Assembly: GCA_964502585.1 (NCBI GenBank)
Contig: CAZCXJ010000002.1
Location: forward strand, 65,473 to 129,472
Direction of reading: 5' to 3'
DNA length: 64,000 bases
DNA from: an uncultured Candidatus Halobonum sp.
GTDB taxonomy: Archaea > Halobacteriota > Halobacteria > Halobacteriales > Haloferacaceae
Each line of letters begins with the position of its first letter. Within the stretch, counting starts at the first letter, position 1. The notes beneath the pieces were generated by a model. That model searched no databases. It was not told the DNA's origin and saw nothing but the letters and a program-made list of their open reading frames with translations. Shown here in pieces: positions 58,954-64,000 of this stretch. Both the position numbers and the translations under genes were made by a program.

Positions 58954-60882
58954 TCAATCGTCGTCGGCGAATGCGGGGTGGCCGCTCCCCGGTGTACCGG
59001 TCTGACTCCGCCAAAGGCCAGCGTAATCACCGTCAGCTGACAGCAACTCCGTGTGGCTTCCCTCCTCTTTGATTTGGCCTTGCTCCATGACCACGATACG
59101 GTCAGCATCCTGGATAGTTGAGAGTCGGTGAGCGATGACGAAGGCGGTCCTGTCGGCGGTCAACCGCGTGAGGCTTTCCTGGATCAATTCTTCCGTCTCA
59201 GTATCCACGTCGGAAGTTGCTTCATCGAGCACGATAATCTCCGGATCGTTCAGCAACGCCCGAGCGATCGCGATCCGCTGACGCTGGCCGCCTGATAGCT
59301 TCACTCCCCGTTCCCCGATCTGGGTGTCGTATCCCTCGGGGAGATCAGTAATGAATTCGTGAGCCTCAGCTGCCTTGGCGGCCTCGATGATTCGCTTCCC
59401 CGGTCCCTTTTGATTATTCTCTCCTGCATCGGCCAACGCGGTGAGGTCACCGTACGCGATGTTTTCCGCTGCGGTGCCGGAGAACATGTAGGGATTCTGT
59501 TCCACCACGCCTACGTGCTCGCGGAGCCGGTGGAGGTCGTACTCTCGAACGTCGGTACCGTCGACCGTCACCCTGCCTTCGTCGACGTCATAGAACCGAG
59601 GAACGAGTTTCAACAAGGTCGACTTGCCTGCGCCGGTGGTCCCCGCGAGACCGATCGTGTCTCCCGGGTCGACCGTCAGGGACACGTCCGTCAGTACGGT
59701 CTCGTCGTCGGTGTAGCCAAACGTCACGTTTTCGAAGGCAACTCGGCCGTCGACCGATTCGGGAGCGAACGGATTCTCCGGGGATGTAACGGCCGGCTCG
59801 TGGCCGAGTAAGCCGAAGACGCGTTCGGACGAGGATTTCGCGAGCTGATACTTGTTGGCGGTCTTACCGACCCGTCGCATCGGGGCATACAGCCGTCGGA
59901 GAAGCAGGAAAAACAACGCGACCCCACCAGCGGACAACGTTCGTGGGTCCGTATTACCTAACCCATGCTGGATGATGTCGCTGCCCGCTACCCAGAGGAC
60001 ACCGACGAAGACCACCCCGGTAATCACACGCAGCGACGAGAAGAACGCCCGGCGCATCTTGATCGCCTCCACTTTTTCATCGTGGTATCGTTCGCTTTGA
60101 TCCGCCACACGATCGAACTCGAAGCTGTGTCGATTGAACGCCTTGATCACTTTCGCACCGCCGATGTTGTTCTCGAGACGGGAGTTGAGTCGCGCCACCG
60201 TTTCGCGGATCCCGCGATACTTCGGCTCGATCCAAGTGAGGAAGCGCCCACTAGCAAGCCCGATGAGTGGAACGGGAGCCAGTGCGATCAGCGCGAGCTT
60301 CGGTGAGTGCCAGAACATGATGAGAGCGATCCCGCCGACGGTAGCGATGACTCGAATCGCCTGACGGATCTCCGTGTTGAGGAACTGTTCCAGCCGGTTG
60401 ATGTCTGAGTTCAAGATCGACATCATCGCTCCCGTTTGATGATTGGCAAAGAACCCAAGCGAGAGACGTTGCATGTGGTCGTACGTGTCGTTCCGGAGGT
60501 CCCGCTGAACCTTTTGGGCGGTCGACTGGAACAAGTAGCGGGAAGTGAACCGGGTCACCGCTCGGAGCAGGTAGGCGATGGCTGCGATGATCACGAGTTG
60601 CTGGAGTAGTTCGACGCGGGCCGCGTTCCCGGAGATGTCGCCACCGGGGAGAAGGCCAATCGATGCAAGCATGCCTGGCTCACCCTCCAAGAGAATCACA
60701 CGGTTGATTGCCGCTGCAACGAGAAGCGAAGGAACGAGTCGGGATGCTCGGGTGAGAAGTGCGGCAACCAGCCCCACAGAAAGTCGGGGCCAATATGAAA
60801 TGCAGTAGCGGAGGAGGCCCCTCATCGGATGGCCGTCGGCGGATTCACGGACATCCTCAAAACCGCCATGTTCGTCGACCAT
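58954..60882 (-). CDS. ABC transporter, fused permease/ATP-binding exporter (MsbA-like)
   Basis: Six-TM exporter domain followed by NBD (GTTGAGKST, LSGGQRQRIAIARAL, VLDEATS). Confidence 0.9.
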   Translation of the reverse strand: MVDEHGGFEDVRESADGHPMRGLLRYCISYWPRLSVGLVAALLTRASRLVPSLLVAAAINRVILLEGEPGMLASIGLLPGGDISGNAARVELLQQLVIIAAIAYLLRAVTRFTSRYLFQSTAQKVQRDLRNDTYDHMQRLSLGFFANHQTGAMMSILNSDINRLEQFLNTEIRQAIRVIATVGGIALIMFWHSPKLALIALAPVPLIGLASGRFLTWIEPKYRGIRETVARLNSRLENNIGGAKVIKAFNRHSFEFDRVADQSERYHDEKVEAIKMRRAFFSSLRVITGVVFVGVLWVAGSDIIQHGLGNTDPRTLSAGGVALFFLLLRRLYAPMRRVGKTANKYQLAKSSSERVFGLLGHEPAVTSPENPFAPESVDGRVAFENVTFGYTDDETVLTDVSLTVDPGDTIGLAGTTGAGKSTLLKLVPRFYDVDEGRVTVDGTDVREYDLHRLREHVGVVEQNPYMFSGTAAENIAYGDLTALADAGENNQKGPGKRIIEAAKAAEAHEFITDLPEGYDTQIGERGVKLSGGQRQRIAIARALLNDPEIIVLDEATSDVDTETEELIQESLTRLTADRTAFVIAHRLSTIQDADRIVVMEQGQIKEEGSHTELLSADGDYAGLWRSQTGTPGSGHPAFADDD

Positions 60883-61096
60883 TACGAAACGAAACTATTG
60901 CCAAACATAAATGCGCTTTGTCTCCCCATCTGTCCGACCGAATCCGTCTTTCGAAGGCCGGGCCGTCCCGTGGCCCTGATCCCCTTCTGTCCGGTGCAGA
61001 CCAAAGACCAAAGCGGAATGGAGAACCCTGATTTGCCGCGTGGCGGCGGGTTGGGAGTGAATCGGAGCGACTCGCTGACACTGGGCCTAGGAAAGG

Positions 61097-62521
61097 TCAG
61101 CGGTTCAGCGTATGGATCGCTTGGTCTTGGGCGTGCTCCGCAGCTTCCATCACGGCTTCCGTGAAGGTTGGATGAGTATGGACGGTCGCACCGAGATCCT
61201 CCAGAGTAGCACCCATCTCGATTGCCAACCCGATTTCAGCGATCAACTCGGAGGCGTGCGGACCGACGATTTGGCCACCGAGGACAAAGCCTGTCGACTC
61301 GTCGGCGACGATCCGTACGAATCCGTCGGTTTCGCCGGTCGTCAACGCGCGGCCGGAAGCGTTGAACGGCATTTGTCCGACGGCAGGCTCGAACCCCTCA
61401 GCTTCCGCTTCCATCTCGGTTAGCCCGACCGTCCCGATCTCCGGGTCGGTGAATACGGCCGCGGGGATTGCCTGGTAATCGAGGGCAGCGGGGTTGCCGG
61501 CGGCCACCTCCGCAGCGACGATCCCCTCCTTGCTGGCTTTGTGGGCGAGCATCGGCTCGCCTGCGACGTCACCGACGGCGAACACATGGTCCACGTTCGT
61601 CCGCGCTTGGTGATCAGTCTCGATAAACCCGTTCTCGTCGGGTGTGAGTCCGATCTGGTCCAGGTTGAGCGTATCCGAAACCGGACGGCGACCGACCGCA
61701 ACAAGTGCCTTGTCCGCATCGTACTCGTGCTGGTCACCGTCTTCCGTACCGGTAATCACGCGGATACCGTCACCCGTCTCGTGCCACTCTTCGGCTCCTT
61801 CCCCGAACTGGAGCACAATCCCGAGTTCCTCGGCCCGGGATCGGACAGTCCGTTGGATGTCTGCTTCGTAGGTCGGGAGGACGTCATCAAGCATCTCAAC
61901 GACAGTCACGTCGGTACCGAGTTTGGCGAACACCGTTGAGAGCTCCATCCCGATATAACCCGCGCCGACAACGACCAGTCGGTCAGGGATAGCGTCCAGC
62001 ATCAGGGCGTCACGGGATGACAGGATCCGGTCGCCGTCGAACTCGAAACCGGGGATTTGGATCGGCCTAGACCCCGTTGCGATGATCGCGCGATCGAACT
62101 CGATAGTTTCGGCGCCCTGTCCTTCACCCCCGTGAGCGACTCTTGCCCGGGTTTCCCCCGCAAACGTCGCGGTCCCTTCGACCAGGTTGACGCCGTTGGC
62201 TTTGCACAGTTTCTCGACACCGCCGGTGAGTTGGTCGACGATGTCCGCCTTCCAGTCCTGCATCGCAGCCATGTCGATTGCCGGGTCCGCGTGGATCCCG
62301 AGGAATTCGGCGTTGGCTGCGTCGTGAGCCAAATCCGCTCCGTGGATGAGCGCCTTCGATGGGATACAACCGTGATTGAGACAGGTTCCCCCATAGCCAT
62401 CCCGTTCGACGAGCGTCGTGTCCAGGCCTCGTTGTGCCGCGCGGATTGCAGCAACGTAGCCACCAGGCCCAGCGCCAATCACCAGCACGTCCGTTCCGGT
62501 GGAGATGTCTCCGACGACCAT
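61097..62521 (-). CDS. lpdA: dihydrolipoyl dehydrogenase
   Basis: GAGPGGY FAD motif and redox-active GGTCLNHGCIPSK, NAD-binding GAGYIG, C-terminal dimerisation HAHPT. Confidence 0.95.
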   Translation of the reverse strand: MVVGDISTGTDVLVIGAGPGGYVAAIRAAQRGLDTTLVERDGYGGTCLNHGCIPSKALIHGADLAHDAANAEFLGIHADPAIDMAAMQDWKADIVDQLTGGVEKLCKANGVNLVEGTATFAGETRARVAHGGEGQGAETIEFDRAIIATGSRPIQIPGFEFDGDRILSSRDALMLDAIPDRLVVVGAGYIGMELSTVFAKLGTDVTVVEMLDDVLPTYEADIQRTVRSRAEELGIVLQFGEGAEEWHETGDGIRVITGTEDGDQHEYDADKALVAVGRRPVSDTLNLDQIGLTPDENGFIETDHQARTNVDHVFAVGDVAGEPMLAHKASKEGIVAAEVAAGNPAALDYQAIPAAVFTDPEIGTVGLTEMEAEAEGFEPAVGQMPFNASGRALTTGETDGFVRIVADESTGFVLGGQIVGPHASELIAEIGLAIEMGATLEDLGATVHTHPTFTEAVMEAAEHAQDQAIHTLNR

Positions 62522-62807
62522 CGGTCGAACCTTGCCGGGCGGGGGGCATAAACGGGGAGGAATTGGTCTGAAGGCACGAAATTCCGGTCGCGGAATAGGG
62601 TTCCAGCTCTCCTGGTCGGATCGGGGACGAGCGAACAGTCCCCGCTGAGGGATAGGTACTCCCAGTACGTCGGAAGGACCGGGAACAGGTGTGTCGACCG
62701 TCCCTGTCCGATGTCCATTTCCGGGTCGGTCACGTTAAACATGGTGTGACGTGGAAGAGTCCGGCAATTCTCATCCCGGTCGTGTCAGCGGACCCGGGGG
62801 AACGGAC

Positions 62808-63611
62808 ATGACAGGCAGGGACCAATACTACAACCGAGCGAAACAGGAAGGGTACCGTGCACGCTCCGCCTACAAACTGAAGCAAATCGACGAGACGGCG
62901 AACCTCTTCGAACCCGGGGACGTGGTCGTGGACCTCGGGGCCGCACCGGGAGGATGGCTCCAAGTGGCAAGCCAAGCGGTCGGTCACGACGGAATGGTCG
63001 TCGGGGTCGATAGGCAACGGATCGACCCGTTGGAGACGGAGCAAGTGACGACGATTCGAGGCGACATTACCGATGAACGGGCACGTGCGCAGATCCGGGA
63101 TGCGGTGGGCGTCGAGGGGAAGAGCCGTCCGGTAGACGTCATCGTGTCGGACATGGCACCGAACATGAGCGGCGAATACGAACTCGATCATGCGCGGTCG
63201 GTACACCTCGCTCGACAAGCGTTGGACTTAGCCTTGGACCTCCTAGTTCCAGGAGGAGATCTCGTCGTGAAGGTGTTCGACGGCCCGGACGTTGAGGGGC
63301 TTCGCGCCGAGATGGACGGGTCATTCCAATACGTTCGGACGATTACCCCGGATGCTTCCCGAGACGAATCATCCGAGCGATATCTCGTCGCTAGAGGACG
63401 AATCACCGCCCCGGTTGCTCCTGGAGACGAACTCGAGGTGGAGGTGACCGAGGTAGGGGACGAAGGTGACGGCATCGCAACTATCGACGGCTACACTGTG
63501 TTCGTTCGTGGAGCGAATCCGGGCGAAACCGTCCGGGTGCAGATCGAGGAGGTCAAACCGCGGTTCGCGTTCGCCGACCCAGTTCCCAACTCGAACCCCG
63601 ATGAGGCGTAA
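62808..63611 (+). CDS. rlmE: 23S rRNA 2'-O-methyltransferase RlmE (FtsJ) fused to a C-terminal TRAM domain
   Basis: RSAYKL...DLGAAPGGW SAM-binding motif, catalytic K-D-K-E pattern; C-terminal TRAM-like beta-barrel (GDGIATIDGYTVFVRGANPGETVRVQIEEV). Confidence 0.85.
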   Translation: MTGRDQYYNRAKQEGYRARSAYKLKQIDETANLFEPGDVVVDLGAAPGGWLQVASQAVGHDGMVVGVDRQRIDPLETEQVTTIRGDITDERARAQIRDAVGVEGKSRPVDVIVSDMAPNMSGEYELDHARSVHLARQALDLALDLLVPGGDLVVKVFDGPDVEGLRAEMDGSFQYVRTITPDASRDESSERYLVARGRITAPVAPGDELEVEVTEVGDEGDGIATIDGYTVFVRGANPGETVRVQIEEVKPRFAFADPVPNSNPDEA

Positions 63612-63902
63612 ACGATACATCGGTCATCGACACACCGGTGAACGGCTTGCGTTCGCGGTCTTCCCTGCGACTAGCCTCCTGATTTCTGATCGAGGTACCA
63701 ACAGTAAGATAGGCCCACTCCACGATAGCCAAGCGACATTCGACTCCCTAGGATTCGGATTGGAGCGGCCGACGGGATCTCTCGCGCCGGTGTTCTGGTA
63801 CGAGTTCCGTCATGACCCGGCAGAATTAGGTGTGTCGAACCGATACGGAGGGTGTGAACCACACCCAAGAGACCGTTTCGGGGTGGGGTGTTTCCCGTAG
63901 CT

Positions 63903-64000
63903 ATGACAACTGAAGCAGAAGCGGACGCGGAGCTTGGAGAGAGAAACGCCCTCCCCGTCGCCGAGGCTGCGGACCTCGCCGAGCGGGTGATCGAAAACGT
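63903..64000 (+). CDS. 5' fragment of an ORF continuing beyond the window (MTTEAEADAELGERNALPVAEAADLAERVIEN...)
   Basis: ATG after a 290-nt non-coding gap; acidic composition; truncated by window end. Confidence 0.25.
   Translation, partial: MTTEAEADAELGERNALPVAEAADLAERVIEN

Noticed and set aside
1-64000. CRISPR arrays, IS elements, integrases, prophage or plasmid genes
   Set aside because: No regularly spaced direct repeats, no transposase/integrase-like translation in any frame, and no compositional island. The only strongly AT-rich patches are short promoter regions.

Overview
High-GC (~65%) haloarchaeal (class Halobacteria) chromosomal segment. Proteins are acidic, there are many 4-nt start/stop overlaps, and gene content is typical core metabolism. 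No CRISPR array, transposase, integrase or provirus is visible in any frame.

Reading left to right:
- thiolase 3' end
- RPA3-like ssDNA-binding protein and its RPA-associated partner
- a patch of small/accessory-type genes (VOC, cupin, S2P/M50 protease-CBS, tRNA-His, peroxiredoxin, ribbon-helix-helix protein)
- a tetrapyrrole block (hemL, hemD, hemC) interrupted by an ammonium transporter that is fused in-frame to a PII/GlnK domain
- a complete LysW-carrier arginine biosynthesis cluster: argG-argH, then lysW-lysX-argC-argB-argD-argE-argF with serial 4-nt overlaps
- XPD/Rad3-family helicase
- ABC-2 transporter pair
- DNA polymerase D large subunit carrying a 195-aa mini-intein that ends in Gln
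- sulfatase-like protein lacking the formylglycine Cys
- NifU, SRP54, GNAT, hisI, A24 prepilin peptidase
- ribosomal protein S6e with a poly-acidic tail, translationally coupled to two unknown genes
- an envelope-associated cluster: SPFH, secreted coiled-coil protein, membrane-tethered wHTH protein, micro-membrane protein, LigT
- cytochrome P450
- a cobalamin salvage/late-pathway cluster (cbiB-cobS-cobY-cobD-cbiZ, cobQ, cobA)
- ABC exporter, lpdA, and an RlmE-TRAM fusion

The most unusual signals I can support from sequence:
- (i) the Amt-GlnK single-ORF fusion sitting inside the heme cluster, with an AT-rich promoter island carrying a perfect palindrome over its TATA
- (ii) a four-Cys insertion in HemL
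- (iii) long noncoding leaders with stable hairpins upstream of cbiB and cobQ, candidate cobalamin-responsive RNAs
- (iv) the SPFH / glycosylated membrane-wHTH / micropeptide / 2H-phosphoesterase cluster of mostly uncharacterised genes
- (v) several sub-60-aa genes missed by the ORF track (lysW, a 57-aa two-TM peptide, a 55-aa acidic ORF)

All functional calls are from motif-level reading of the translations; none has been checked against a database.
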